A DNA stretch of 64,000 nt from the human T2T-CHM13v2.0 reference genome, Homo sapiens. Positions 63,681-64,000 of the stretch are shown here, in pieces; position 1 is the stretch's first letter; each line of letters opens with the position of its first letter. The notes below the pieces were generated by a model, which searched no databases, was not told the origin of the DNA, and saw only the letters and a program-made list of their open reading frames with translations. The position numbers and the translations under genes are program-made. The DNA is taken from the NCBI RefSeq assembly GCF_009914755.1, contig NC_060933.1; one strand, given 5' to 3'.

Positions 63681-63841
63681 ATCTCTAAGACATTTTTAAA
63701 AGAAAAAACAAAAGTTCAAAAATAGTGGGTATGTAGAATAAGTGAGTTTAGCATGATCACAGGACAGGAGATCAATATACATAATTCAACTGTATTTCTA
63801 CATACTAGCAACAAACTATTGGAATTTCAAAAGTTTTTAAG

Positions 63842-64000
63842 TACTGGACACAGTGGCTCACACTTATAATCCCAGCATTTTGGGAGGCCGAGGCAGGAGA
63901 GTCACTTGAGCCCAGGAGTTCAAGACCAACCTCGGCAACATGGCAAAAGCCTGTCTCTACTAAAAATACAAAAATTAGCTGGGCATGGTGGCACACACCT
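63842..64000 (+). mobile_element. Alu (cut by window end)
   Basis: Left monomer and linker. Confidence 0.9.

Overview
Human genomic DNA at the ACO1/DDX58 (RIGI) locus. The + strand carries the last 17 coding exons of ACO1 (cytosolic aconitase/IRP1; exons 5-21 by NM_002197-style numbering, codons ~135-889, stop at 40034). The - strand carries the last five exons of DDX58/RIG-I (exons 14-18, codons 642-925, stop at 47046). The genes converge tail-to-tail, with candidate distal poly(A) signals only ~0.6 kb apart. All exons were placed by hand: GT-AG boundaries and phases are consistent. The rest is intron/UTR filled with Alu, L1, L2, MIR, MaLR LTR and DNA-transposon remnants; repeat boundaries and subfamilies are approximate. 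Most notable: (1) a 40-bp near-perfect hairpin in the RIG-I 3'UTR; (2) a second ~40-bp hairpin in RIG-I intron 16; (3) a 179-bp human-specific L1HS-Ta insertion in RIG-I intron 16, probably polymorphic; (4) a THE1/MST LTR supplying a RIG-I distal poly(A) signal; (5) a compact bidirectional poly(A) element between the genes; (6) an L1PA7-like element whose antisense promoter region ends ~80 bp before ACO1 exon 20, with an in-frame ATG-donor. No wholly new gene system is demonstrable from sequence alone.
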